From NCBI GenBank assembly GCA_964437345.1, contig CAYTGQ010000001.1, positions 220 through 64,219 on the forward strand: a stretch of DNA of 64,000 nt, given 5' to 3'. This DNA is from an uncultured Lachnoclostridium sp. (GTDB taxonomy: Bacteria; Bacillota; Clostridia; Lachnospirales; Lachnospiraceae). Of this stretch, positions 1-8,424 are shown piece after piece (position 1 is the first letter of the stretch; each line of letters opens with the position of its first letter). The position numbers were made by a program, and so were the translations under genes. The notes beneath the pieces were generated by a model. That model saw only the letters and a list, made by a program, of their open reading frames with translations, had not been told where the DNA came from and searched no databases.

Positions 1-1
1 T

Positions 2-655
2 GCAGGCACAATAGCAGTTGACAAGACAGGAAAAGTAACAAGCACAGGAATTACAATTCCATTAAAGTTTAATACGGTAAGTGGTAAGTTTGAATCAGTT
101 GGTGCAACACCAGTTACAGATCCAACGGATGAAAAGTATGGTATTTCGATTCTCAGTATTGCTGGTGATGAGTTTCCTGATGATGGTATTGCAATTGACT
201 TCTCTTCTTTAACACAGTATTCCACAAGTGGAACATCTTCTGTTACTTCTACAAGAGGTGATAAGTTGACTGGTGAAGGTGCTGGTACAGCATTTGGTAA
301 TATGAAGGGTATTAGTATTGATGCTGCCGGTATGATTTATGGTACATATGACAATGGATCAAAAAAATTATTAGGACAGATTGCAGTAGCATCCTTTAGT
401 AATCCTGCAGGTCTTGAATCCATTGGTGGAAGCTTATTTGCTGAAACACAGAACTCTGGTGAATTTGATGGAATCGGACAGGCTGTAACTACTGGTGGTG
501 GAAGCATGAGCGCTGGTTACCTTGAAATGTCTAACGTAGACTTATCTACTGAGTTTACAAATATGATTACAACTCAGAGAGGTTTCCAGGCAAACTCCAG
601 AATTATTACAACATCAGATAAATTATTGGAAGAATTGGTTAATCTGAAACGTTAA
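2..655 (+). CDS. flgE: Flagellar hook protein FlgE, C-terminal part (5' end lies upstream of the window)
   Basis: Frame 2 is open from base 2 to TAA at 653-655; the ORF track shows only the last 129 aa from an internal TTG. The C-terminus SFSNPAGLESIGGSLF...GYLEMSNVDLSTEFTNMITTQRGFQANSRIITTSDKLLEELVNLKR is the conserved hook/rod C-terminal domain. It lies directly before flbD, as in B. subtilis fla/che. Confidence 0.9.
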   Translation, partial: AGTIAVDKTGKVTSTGITIPLKFNTVSGKFESVGATPVTDPTDEKYGISILSIAGDEFPDDGIAIDFSSLTQYSTSGTSSVTSTRGDKLTGEGAGTAFGNMKGISIDAAGMIYGTYDNGSKKLLGQIAVASFSNPAGLESIGGSLFAETQNSGEFDGIGQAVTTGGGSMSAGYLEMSNVDLSTEFTNMITTQRGFQANSRIITTSDKLLEELVNLKR

Positions 656-675
656 TATTAGTTAATAGTTAAAAC

Positions 676-705
676 AGAGTGGCGGCATAAAGCTGCCGCC
701 ACTCT
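676..705 (+). terminator. GC-rich hairpin immediately after flgE (no U-tract)
   Basis: AGAGTGGCGGC (676-686) pairs perfectly with GCCGCCACTCT (695-705). It is followed by TAAAG, not a T-run, so it is more likely a partial terminator or 3' stabiliser than a classic intrinsic terminator. Confidence 0.4.
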
Positions 706-740
706 TAAAGAAATAAATAATAAAAGATTACGTATCAGAA

Positions 741-767
741 GAAAAAGAATAATAGAAATTCTTTTTC
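741..767 (+). terminator. AT-rich hairpin ending in a T-run
   Basis: GAAAAAGAAT (741-750) and ATTCTTTTTC (758-767) form a perfect 10-bp stem with a 7-nt loop. The T5 run is part of the 3' arm. Confidence 0.3.
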
Positions 768-819
768 GTGAAAAAATGGTAAAAAAACACAAAAAATGTA
801 GAGAAATTTGTGTCAGTTC

Positions 820-848
820 TTGAAAAAAATGTCGAGGACAGATATAAT
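820..848 (+). promoter_or_regulatory. Sigma-A consensus-like promoter upstream of flbD
   Basis: TTGAAA (820-825), 17-nt spacer, TATAAT (843-848). Caveat: the predicted +1 (~855) would fall on the flbD RBS (856-860), giving a very short leader. Confidence 0.35.
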
Positions 849-866
849 ATTTAGAGGAGGATTTTT

Positions 867-1058
867 GTGATAGAAATAACAAAAATGAATGGCTCGAAAG
901 TAACAGTAAACGCTGATTTAATAGAAACGGTGGAAGAAACACCGGATACTCTTATTACTTTAACCTCTGGTAAAAAGTACATAGTGCAGGAGAGCCGTAA
1001 AGAGATAAGAGAGTTAGTAATAGATTATAAACGACAGATATTTTCAATGGAAAAATAA
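867..1058 (+). CDS. flbD: Flagellar protein FlbD
   Basis: 63 aa, IEITKMNGSKVTVNADLIETVEETPDTLITLTSGKKYIVQES is a typical FlbD sequence. GTG start sits 6 nt after GGAGG (856-860). Position is between flgE and motA. Confidence 0.85.
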   Translation: MIEITKMNGSKVTVNADLIETVEETPDTLITLTSGKKYIVQESRKEIRELVIDYKRQIFSMEK

Positions 1059-1068
1059 TTTTTAATAG

Positions 1069-1878
1069 GTGGTGGACGTTTTGGATATAGCAACAATAGT
1101 GGGAATGGTAGTCTGTTTTTGTCTGATGGTTTTCGGTATGGTATGGGGAAAATCATTTTCAGCAGTAATGAGTTTCATTGATGTACCATCTGCATTGATT
1201 ACATTTGGTGGTGCTTTCTTCTGTATGGTAATGCAGGCAAAGTCAATCCCGGCATTTATAACATCTTTAAAATCATTTACTATGATATTGACAGTCAGAG
1301 AATATAATGAAGCTGAAGCAATTAATCAGATTATTAATCTTTCAAATGTTGCCAGAAAAGAAGGTTTGTTGGCATTGGAAGAGGCTGCGAATAATATTGA
1401 GGATGATTTTTTGAAGAAGGGTGTTCTTCTTATTGTTGATGGTACTGACCCTGAATTAGTAAGAAGCATCTTAGAGACAGAGTTAAGTTGTATTGAAGGT
1501 CGACATGAGTCCAATGCAGTATTCTGGGATCGTGTAGGTGCATTAGGTCCTGCGTGGGGTATGATTGGTACACTGATTGGTCTGATTAACATGTTAAAAG
1601 ACTTATCTGACTTGGCATCCGTAGGTCCTAACATGGCAGTAGCGCTGGTAACGACATTCTATGGTTCATTACTTGCTAACTGGATTGCAGCACCAACAGC
1701 CAATAAGATGAGAGATAATAGTGCTTCTGAAATTCGTATTAAAGAGATTATGGTAGAAGGTCTTCTTTCTATTCAGGCAGGTGAAAACCCTCGTGTAATT
1801 GAAGAAAAACTGAAGTCCTTCTTAGCACCTGCTGATAGAGGAAGTATTGGAGAACAAAACGAAGGCGGTGAGGCATAG
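1069..1878 (+). CDS. motA: Flagellar stator protein MotA (proton/ion channel A subunit)
   Basis: Four-TM layout with GPAWGMIGTLIGLINML and ALVTTFYGSLLAN (MotA/TolQ/ExbB signature). Start is ambiguous: GTG 1069 in the ORF track, or TTG 1081 (MDIATIVG...), which sits 6 nt after AGGTGGTG. Confidence 0.9.
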   Translation: MVDVLDIATIVGMVVCFCLMVFGMVWGKSFSAVMSFIDVPSALITFGGAFFCMVMQAKSIPAFITSLKSFTMILTVREYNEAEAINQIINLSNVARKEGLLALEEAANNIEDDFLKKGVLLIVDGTDPELVRSILETELSCIEGRHESNAVFWDRVGALGPAWGMIGTLIGLINMLKDLSDLASVGPNMAVALVTTFYGSLLANWIAAPTANKMRDNSASEIRIKEIMVEGLLSIQAGENPRVIEEKLKSFLAPADRGSIGEQNEGGEA

Positions 1879-2696
1879 TGGCCAGAAAGAAAAAGGAAAG
1901 TGGTGGAGGTGGCGGCGGTTCACCAGCGTGGATGGCTACATTTTCGGATTTAATGAACTTACTGCTTTGTTTCTTCGTGTTGCTGTTTGCCTTTTCCAGT
2001 ACCGATGCAGAGAAGTTTGCAGAGATTTCTGCTTCCCTTAAGAATAGTTTTAGTATTTTTGAAGGTGGAGCTCAGGCAATAGGTGATGGCAAACTGGTTT
2101 CTCAGGGGGTCAGCCAGATGGATAAGCTCAGTGAGTATTTTAGTGAATTGGAAATGGTATTTCAGGAAGACAACGATGAGTCTGACGAAGAAAAGGAATA
2201 CGAAGAAAAACAACTGGAAGAAGCTAAAGAAGCAACAGAAATATTGTATGAAGAAGTTGTAGAAGCAGCAGAAAGAAAGAATGTGGAAGATTCCATTTCT
2301 GTAAGTATGGATGATAATTATCAGTATGTAAGAATTTCATTAAATGGTGCTGTTTTATTTGATTCCGGGTCTGCTGATATTAAGAAAGAGGCAATTGCAA
2401 TCATTGATAAGATAGGGGATATTTTAAAAATATATGACAAGCATCTGATTAAAATTGAAGGTCATACAGATAATGTCCCAATGAGCAGTACTAATAAGTA
2501 TGAAAGTAATATGTGGCTTTCTACAGCCAGAGCGACAAGAGTATTTGAATATCTGGTAGAGAATAAAGGTCTTGATCCTAAGACTTTAGAAGCTTCCGGT
2601 AGGGGTGAATATGAACCTTTGGCAGACAACAGCACTCCAGAAGGAAGAGCTAAGAACAGACGTGTAGAGATTAAGATTTACACAGAAACGGACTAA
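1878..2696 (+). CDS. motB: Flagellar stator protein MotB (OmpA-like peptidoglycan anchor)
   Basis: N-terminal plug/TM segment PAWMATFSDLMNLLLCFFVLLF with the conserved Asp. C-terminal OmpA-like domain GHTDNVP...LSTARA...NRRVEI. GTG overlaps the motA stop by 1 nt (taGtg). Confidence 0.9.
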   Translation: MARKKKESGGGGGGSPAWMATFSDLMNLLLCFFVLLFAFSSTDAEKFAEISASLKNSFSIFEGGAQAIGDGKLVSQGVSQMDKLSEYFSELEMVFQEDNDESDEEKEYEEKQLEEAKEATEILYEEVVEAAERKNVEDSISVSMDDNYQYVRISLNGAVLFDSGSADIKKEAIAIIDKIGDILKIYDKHLIKIEGHTDNVPMSSTNKYESNMWLSTARATRVFEYLVENKGLDPKTLEASGRGEYEPLADNSTPEGRAKNRRVEIKIYTETD

Positions 2697-2758
2697 GAAT
2701 TACAAAATTATAGCATTGACAACAAGGATGTTTGTTATAGGAAAGAGGAGAGAAACCT

Positions 2759-3268
2759 ATGAAAAAAAATATGCTGACAGTTATTATTCTGGCATTATGT
2801 CTGGTTAATACTATTTTAAGTGCATTAGTGGTGTTTGTTGTTGTTCCAACATCGCAGAGAACTGACAAGCTGATTACACAGGTGGCGTCAGTGATTAATC
2901 TGGAATTAGAGGGTGAAGGTGCTTCAGCAGTAGATATTGCAAGTATTGAGTCTTATAAGATTGAAGAATCTAAGACGATGAATTTAAAAACAAGTGAAAA
3001 TGGAAAAGAACATTATGCAGTTATGGATTATGTTTCTATTTCTATTAACAAAGAGTCAGACGATTATGAAAAATTGCAGCCTTTACTTGAGACCCAGAAT
3101 AGTGCAATCATGGATATTGTAGATTCTGTAATGTCAAAGTATACATATGAAGAAGCTATTAATAATAGAGAACAGATGAAGGAAGAAATTCTTAGTGAAA
3201 TAAAGAAGCATTTTGGCTCTGTTGACTTTGTAATTGGAGTTACTTTAGGTAACTTATTATTCAGTTAA
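2759..3268 (+). CDS. fliL: Flagellar basal-body-associated protein FliL
   Basis: Single N-terminal TM helix, about 170 aa, C-terminus VDFVIGVTLGNLLFS resembles FliL ends. Lies in the motB-fliM slot. RBS GGAGAG precedes the ATG. Confidence 0.75.
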   Translation: MKKNMLTVIILALCLVNTILSALVVFVVVPTSQRTDKLITQVASVINLELEGEGASAVDIASIESYKIEESKTMNLKTSENGKEHYAVMDYVSISINKESDDYEKLQPLLETQNSAIMDIVDSVMSKYTYEEAINNREQMKEEILSEIKKHFGSVDFVIGVTLGNLLFS

Positions 3269-3289
3269 TCAAAAAAGTCACACAAGATG

Positions 3290-3318
3290 TTGTAATTTTG
3301 GCTCGAATATTGTAGAAT
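3290..3318 (+). promoter_or_regulatory. Possible internal promoter upstream of fliM
   Basis: TTGTAA (3290-3295), 17-nt spacer, TAGAAT (3313-3318), in the 83-bp fliL-fliM spacer. Confidence 0.3.
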
Positions 3319-3360
3319 ATATAGGATAGCAGATTTTGAATTGATTGAGAGGTGAGGAAA

Positions 3361-4344
3361 ATGGGTGATGTCCTGTCGCAAAGTGAGATAGATAATCTGC
3401 TTGCTGCATTGAGTAGTGGGGACTTGAATGTTGAAGAGATGAAGGAATCTAATGAAAAGCAGGTAAAGAATTATGACTTTGCCAGACCTTCCAAGTTTTC
3501 CAAAGAACATCTTAGAACATTGGAGATTATTTTTGAACATTATGCCAGACTATTATCAACCCATTTGCCGGCATATTTAAGAAAAAATATTCAGGTAGAT
3601 GTAATGAATTCAGAAGCAATTACATATTCAGAATTTTCCAATGCGCTGTCTAATCCAGTGTTGTTAGGTATTATTAATTTTGCACCATTAGAAGGCAGTG
3701 TTGTAATGGAACTTGCAGATAATCTGGGTTATACAATTGTAGATAGAATGTTAGGTGGTGGAGGTAATCCACTGGAAAAGAGCAGAGAGTTTACGGAAAT
3801 AGAGCTGATTATTCTAGAACGAGTAATGAATACCTGTGTTAATCTCATGATTGAGCCATGGCAGAATGTAGTAGAAATTTCACCTCGTTTAGAACGAATT
3901 GAGACAAACAACCAATTTGCACAGTTCATTTCTCCTAGTGAAATGACTGCTATTATTACAATGAATATCCGAATCGGTACTATAGAAGGACTTATGAATA
4001 TCTGTATTCCATATACTTGTGTAGAACCGGTTATTGATAAGCTGAATACAAAGTATTGGTATTCAACTATGAAAGAAAAAGACGATTCCGGTATTTATCA
4101 GGAAGCTATTGAAGATATTATTTCCAAAGCAAAAGTGCCAATTCGTGCGATTCTCGGAAAGAGTATTATTTCAGTAAATGATTTTGTGAATATTCAGCCA
4201 GGGGATATCATAAGGCTGGATACAAAAATTGACGAAGAATTGGAAGTATATGTTGGAAATATTAATAAATTTACTGCATTACCAGGAGCATCTTCGGATA
4301 CTTATGCAGTAAGAATTACATCAGTAATAAGGGAGGAGCAATAA
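3361..4344 (+). CDS. fliM: Flagellar motor switch protein FliM
   Basis: N-terminal CheY-P binding peptide MGDVLSQSEIDNLL, followed by FliM middle and SpoA-like C-terminal domains. ATG 3361 is preferred over the ORF-track GTG 3352 because AGAGG (3348-3352) lies 8 nt upstream. Confidence 0.92.
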   Translation: MGDVLSQSEIDNLLAALSSGDLNVEEMKESNEKQVKNYDFARPSKFSKEHLRTLEIIFEHYARLLSTHLPAYLRKNIQVDVMNSEAITYSEFSNALSNPVLLGIINFAPLEGSVVMELADNLGYTIVDRMLGGGGNPLEKSREFTEIELIILERVMNTCVNLMIEPWQNVVEISPRLERIETNNQFAQFISPSEMTAIITMNIRIGTIEGLMNICIPYTCVEPVIDKLNTKYWYSTMKEKDDSGIYQEAIEDIISKAKVPIRAILGKSIISVNDFVNIQPGDIIRLDTKIDEELEVYVGNINKFTALPGASSDTYAVRITSVIREEQ

Positions 4345-4348
4345 GTTT

Positions 4349-5551
4349 ATGGATGGTATGTTATCCCAGGAAGAAATAAATGCTTTGCTGGCAGGAGCAA
4401 GCGAAGCAGAAGAAACAGCGGCGGATACTTCCACAGCATCGGAAACTGTATTAACAGATGAAGAAAAGGATGCTGTAGGAGAAATCTCCAATATTTGTAT
4501 GGGAACAGCTGCTACAACCTTATCTACTCTTTTAAATAATAAGGTTGTAATTACAACCCCATCAGTTAGTTATACGACATTAGAGGAATTATCTGGTCAG
4601 TATGACAGACCTTGTATTTTTGTACAAATTTCTTATATTGAAGGTTTGGATGGTAATAATATCCTCATCTTAAAAGAAAGTGATGTTAAGATTATTACGG
4701 ACTTGATGATGGGAGGAGACGGCAGCAATGTGGCTGATGAATTGTCAGAACTCCATTTAAGTGCGATTAGTGAAGCGATGAATCAGATGATGGGTTCATC
4801 CTCAACGTCTCTTTCATCCATGTTGAATAAGAAGGTTGATATCAGTCCACCAATTTCAAGCCTGATTGATTTGAATGACAGTCTGGAAGGAAATGATTTT
4901 TCAGAGTTTCTCCGAGGTAAGTTTGTACAGGTTGCATTCCGTATGGAAATTGGTGATTTGATTGATAGCCAGATTATGCAGTTGTATCCTTTTGAATTTG
5001 CAAAGGAATTGTATATGAAGTTTGCCGGTGGTGATGCTGCCGGAACAGAAACTCCAGCTTCATCTCCTGCACCAGCTCCAACACCGGCACCAGCTCCTGC
5101 ACCGCAGCCGGCACCGGCACCAGTGCAGCAGGCACAACCACAGGCCGCAGCACCACAGATGGCACCACAGCCACAGATGCAGCAGCCAATGATGGGACAA
5201 CCTATGATGATGCAACAGCCAATGATGCAGCAACCAATGATGATGCCAATGGGAGATGTGAATGTTCAGCAGGCACAGTTCCAGCCGTTTATGCCTGGTA
5301 TCAGTCCGTTGGAACAGCAGGAAAACATCGATTTAATTATGGATGTTCCATTGGAAGTAACAGTGGAGTTGGGAAGAACAAACAAATCTATTAAAGAGAT
5401 TCTTGAGTTCTCACCAGGAACCATTATTGAACTTAATAAGCTGGCAGGCGAGCCAATTGACGTTTTGGTTAATGGTAAGTTTGTAGCAAAAGGTGAAGTA
5501 GTAGTAATCGAGGAAAGCTTTGGTATCCGAGTTACTGAAATTGTAAGATAA
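4349..5551 (+). CDS. fliY: Flagellar switch protein FliY (CheC-like phosphatase domain fused to FliN)
   Basis: Begins MLSQEEINALL (CheY-P binding peptide). CheC-like repeats EISNICMGTAATTLS and SAISEAMNQMMGSS. C-terminal FliN/SpoA domain LEVTVELGRT...IDVLVNGKFVAKGEVVVIEESFGIRVTEI. Confidence 0.9.
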   Translation: MDGMLSQEEINALLAGASEAEETAADTSTASETVLTDEEKDAVGEISNICMGTAATTLSTLLNNKVVITTPSVSYTTLEELSGQYDRPCIFVQISYIEGLDGNNILILKESDVKIITDLMMGGDGSNVADELSELHLSAISEAMNQMMGSSSTSLSSMLNKKVDISPPISSLIDLNDSLEGNDFSEFLRGKFVQVAFRMEIGDLIDSQIMQLYPFEFAKELYMKFAGGDAAGTETPASSPAPAPTPAPAPAPQPAPAPVQQAQPQAAAPQMAPQPQMQQPMMGQPMMMQQPMMQQPMMMPMGDVNVQQAQFQPFMPGISPLEQQENIDLIMDVPLEVTVELGRTNKSIKEILEFSPGTIIELNKLAGEPIDVLVNGKFVAKGEVVVIEESFGIRVTEIVR

Positions 5552-5595
5552 ATATTTTAATATATTAATCTAATCAACAGATAGGAGAGAATATT

Positions 5596-5958
5596 ATGGC
5601 AAAAAACGTTTTAATTTGTGATGACGCAGCTTTTATGAGAATGATGATTAAAGATATTTTAACTAAGAATGGTTACAATATCGTAGGTGAAGCTGAAAAT
5701 GGTATGAAAGCGGTTGAAAAGTACAACGAAACAAAACCAGATTTAGTAATGATGGATATTACAATGCCAGAAATGGATGGTATTCAGGCTCTTAAAAAGA
5801 TTAAAGAATCTGATCCGGGTGCAGTTGTAATTATGTGTTCTGCAATGGGACAGCAGGCAATGGTTATTGAATCTATTCAGTCTGGAGCAAAGGACTTTAT
5901 TGTTAAACCATTCCAGGCAGACAGAGTTCTTGAAGCTGTTCAAAAAGCAGTAGGTTAA
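5596..5958 (+). CDS. cheY: Chemotaxis response regulator CheY
   Basis: 120-aa stand-alone receiver: VLICDDAAFMR...DLVMMDITMPEMDG...AKDFIVKPF. Lies in the fliY-cheY-fliO slot, as in B. subtilis. Confidence 0.92.
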   Translation: MAKNVLICDDAAFMRMMIKDILTKNGYNIVGEAENGMKAVEKYNETKPDLVMMDITMPEMDGIQALKKIKESDPGAVVIMCSAMGQQAMVIESIQSGAKDFIVKPFQADRVLEAVQKAVG

Positions 5959-5961
5959 TAT

Positions 5962-6357
5962 ATGATGTTTCTGTCAGTAGGAATTTCCCGCTTAGAAAGT
6001 GTTGTAAGCCTTCTAGGCGTAGTTATCATGTTTGTGTTGGTGCTTGTGATAAGCTATGTAACAACTAAATGGCTTGGTGGGACAGGTTTACTGGCACAAC
6101 GAAGCAAGAATATTTCTATTGTAGAATCTTATAAGCTGGGGCCTAATAAGTTTATTCAGATTGTAAAAGTTGGAAAGCACTATTATTTATTAGGAATCGG
6201 AAAAGATACAGTAGAGTATCTTTCTGAAATAGCGGAGGAAGACTTAGATTTGGAACAATATATGGCATTAATGAATAAGAGTCAGAATCCGGAAAGCTTT
6301 AAAGATATTTTTTCTAAAGTTAATAAGAAAAGATGCGGTGATTCAGAATACAAATAA
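5962..6357 (+). CDS. fliO: Flagellar biosynthesis protein FliO/FliZ
   Basis: One N-terminal TM helix followed by ISIVESYKLGPNKFIQIVKVGKHYYLLGIGKDTVEYLSEI (FliO-like core). Lies immediately upstream of fliP. Confidence 0.72.
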   Translation: MMFLSVGISRLESVVSLLGVVIMFVLVLVISYVTTKWLGGTGLLAQRSKNISIVESYKLGPNKFIQIVKVGKHYYLLGIGKDTVEYLSEIAEEDLDLEQYMALMNKSQNPESFKDIFSKVNKKRCGDSEYK

Positions 6358-6401
6358 AAACGGCATAATTTAAATAATTTATACAGTAAAGGTTGGTAAT
6401 C

Positions 6402-7304
6402 ATGAACAGAAGTACTAAAAAATGGCAAAAAAAGAGTATTAAATTTTTGGGCTGTTTGGTGCTGATGTGTTTATTAACCTTTATTTGTGCTGTTCCCGTT
6501 TATGCAACAGAAACCAGTCCATCTGGTATATACGAGGAAACAGCACCAGATAATACAGAAACTCCGGAAGATATGAGTATTGATAATGAGGATATCTCAG
6601 ATCCGGATCTTCTGTTAAATGATACAGATGGATTTGAATTAAATATTACATCCAATGCAGGTAGTACAAGTCTTTCATCTACATTACAGATGATGATTAT
6701 GCTTACGATTTTATCAATTGCACCTTCCATCCTTTTGATGGTGACTTCTTTTACAAGAATTATTATTGTGCTTCATTTCGTAAGGGCTGCATTAGGATTA
6801 CAAACAACCCCGCCTAACCAAGTTTTGATTGGGCTTTCTCTGTTTCTGACATTTTTTATTATGTCACCAGTATTTTCAGAGATTAATACAGAGGCAATTA
6901 AGCCTTTACAGGCCAATGAAATTACTCAGGAAGAGGCAATCGAGAGAGGATTAGAGCCGATTCGCGAATTTATGTTTAAACAGACTGATACAAAGGATTT
7001 GAAGTTGTTTTTGGAGATTGCAGATATTCCTTCAGAGGAATTACATGATACAGATGATATTCCAACAACTACTTTAATTCCTGCATTTATGATAAGTGAG
7101 CTTAGAAAAGCATTTATCATGGGATTTTTGATTTATCTGCCTTTTATTGTAATAGATATGGTTGTGTCATCAACGTTAATGTCCATGGGTATGATGATGC
7201 TGCCACCAACTGTTATTTCATTACCGTTTAAATTACTTCTTTTTGTATTGGCAGATGGATGGAATCTGATTATAGGCGAGTTGGTAAAAACGTTTTATCT
7301 GTGA
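6402..7304 (+). CDS. fliP: Flagellar type III export apparatus protein FliP
   Basis: Signal-peptide-like N-terminus (LVLMCLLTFICAVPVYA) and an acidic spacer, then the conserved FliP core LTILSIAPSILLMVTSFTRIIIVL...PPNQVLIGLSLFLTFFIM...LPFKLLLFVLADGW. ATG 6402 is preferred over TTG 6393. Confidence 0.92.
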   Translation: MNRSTKKWQKKSIKFLGCLVLMCLLTFICAVPVYATETSPSGIYEETAPDNTETPEDMSIDNEDISDPDLLLNDTDGFELNITSNAGSTSLSSTLQMMIMLTILSIAPSILLMVTSFTRIIIVLHFVRAALGLQTTPPNQVLIGLSLFLTFFIMSPVFSEINTEAIKPLQANEITQEEAIERGLEPIREFMFKQTDTKDLKLFLEIADIPSEELHDTDDIPTTTLIPAFMISELRKAFIMGFLIYLPFIVIDMVVSSTLMSMGMMMLPPTVISLPFKLLLFVLADGWNLIIGELVKTFYL

Positions 7305-7322
7305 GGTTAGGAGGTTGTAATA

Positions 7323-7592
7323 ATGTCACCAGAACAAGTTGTGGATATTGCCAGAGAAACATTATGGATTATTGTAAAATCTTCAGCACCAATGCTGGCT
7401 GTTTCCTTGGTTGTGGGTTTAATTATCAGTATATTTCAGACTGTAACCTCCATTCAGGAGCAGACGCTTACATTTGTTCCTAAATTATTATCAATCTTTA
7501 TGGTTATTGTGTTATGTGGTAATTGGATTATGAATAATGTTGTAGAGTTTATGACTGAACTGTGTAGAAATTTTGGGAACTTTATTCGATAG
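7323..7592 (+). CDS. fliQ: Flagellar type III export apparatus protein FliQ
   Basis: 89 aa with two TM helices; MSPEQVVDIARETLWIIVKSSAPMLAVSLVVGLIISIFQTVTSIQEQTLTFVPK is a typical FliQ sequence. Confidence 0.9.
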   Translation: MSPEQVVDIARETLWIIVKSSAPMLAVSLVVGLIISIFQTVTSIQEQTLTFVPKLLSIFMVIVLCGNWIMNNVVEFMTELCRNFGNFIR

Positions 7593-7607
7593 TTAGAGGG
7601 GCTGCAT

Positions 7608-8381
7608 ATGAATTTATCATTTACAGTTGAACAGCTGGAATTTTACCTGTTGATTATTGTAAGAATGTCTGCATTTGTGGTTACAGCTCCTTTTTTAGGC
7701 AATGCCAATGTCCCAAGAAAGGTAAAAGCGGGATTGTCTGTTTTTTTAGGGATTATGGTAGCAAATGCACTATCTTATACACCGCTTGAATATGTAGGTG
7801 TAATTGGATTTGCCGGAATTGTTATAAAAGAACTGATTATAGGGCTTTCGCTTGGATATATTGCAAGTATTTGTACCTATATTGTTAATTTTTCGGGTCA
7901 AATGATTGATATGGAAATTGGGTTTTCTATGGCAAATGTATTAGATCCTTCAACCAAAATACAGTCGACAGTAACAAGTAATTATTATTCTTATATGGTT
8001 ATGCTTATGATGTTTGCTACAGATATGCATTACTATATTATTGAAGCGATTTTAGATTCGTTTAAACTGGTTCCGGTAGGACAGGTAGTTCTGCATGAAC
8101 AGATGTATCTGGTTGTTATGCAGTTTATTGTTGATTATTTTATTATAGGATTTCGTATTATATTACCTGTATTTGCATCCATATTATTAATTAATGTAGT
8201 GCTGGGAGTATTAGTAAGAATCGCACCACAGATGAATATGTTTGTAATTGGTATGCAATTAAAGGTGTTTGTGGGACTAATTATTTTATTGTTAGTAGTA
8301 GAGATGATTCCTACAGTAGCAGATTTTATTTTTGAAGAAATGAAAACAATGATGCGGCTTATGGTAAATGCATTTACATAA
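7608..8381 (+). CDS. fliR: Flagellar type III export apparatus protein FliR
   Basis: 257-aa polytopic protein; LIIVRMSAFVVTAPF...GFSMANVLDP... matches the FliR pattern. Lies in the fliQ-fliR-flhB order. Confidence 0.9.
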   Translation: MNLSFTVEQLEFYLLIIVRMSAFVVTAPFLGNANVPRKVKAGLSVFLGIMVANALSYTPLEYVGVIGFAGIVIKELIIGLSLGYIASICTYIVNFSGQMIDMEIGFSMANVLDPSTKIQSTVTSNYYSYMVMLMMFATDMHYYIIEAILDSFKLVPVGQVVLHEQMYLVVMQFIVDYFIIGFRIILPVFASILLINVVLGVLVRIAPQMNMFVIGMQLKVFVGLIILLLVVEMIPTVADFIFEEMKTMMRLMVNAFT

Positions 8382-8424
8382 GATTTAACATCAATGATTT
8401 TCGATACTTGCAAGGTGGGTATCA

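Noticed and set aside
658-942. A 94-aa minus-strand ORF covering the flgE-flbD spacer and the flbD start.
   Set aside because: The sequence is leucine/phenylalanine/serine low-complexity, produced by reading an A-rich intergenic region backwards. It overlaps hairpins and the flbD RBS, and no start context supports it.
7259-7483. A 74-aa ORF overlapping the fliP end and fliQ in another frame; also 11764-11970 within flhF and 38016-38201 within the ABC ATPase gene.
   Set aside because: These are alternative-frame ORFs inside strongly supported genes, with no independent translation signals or motifs.
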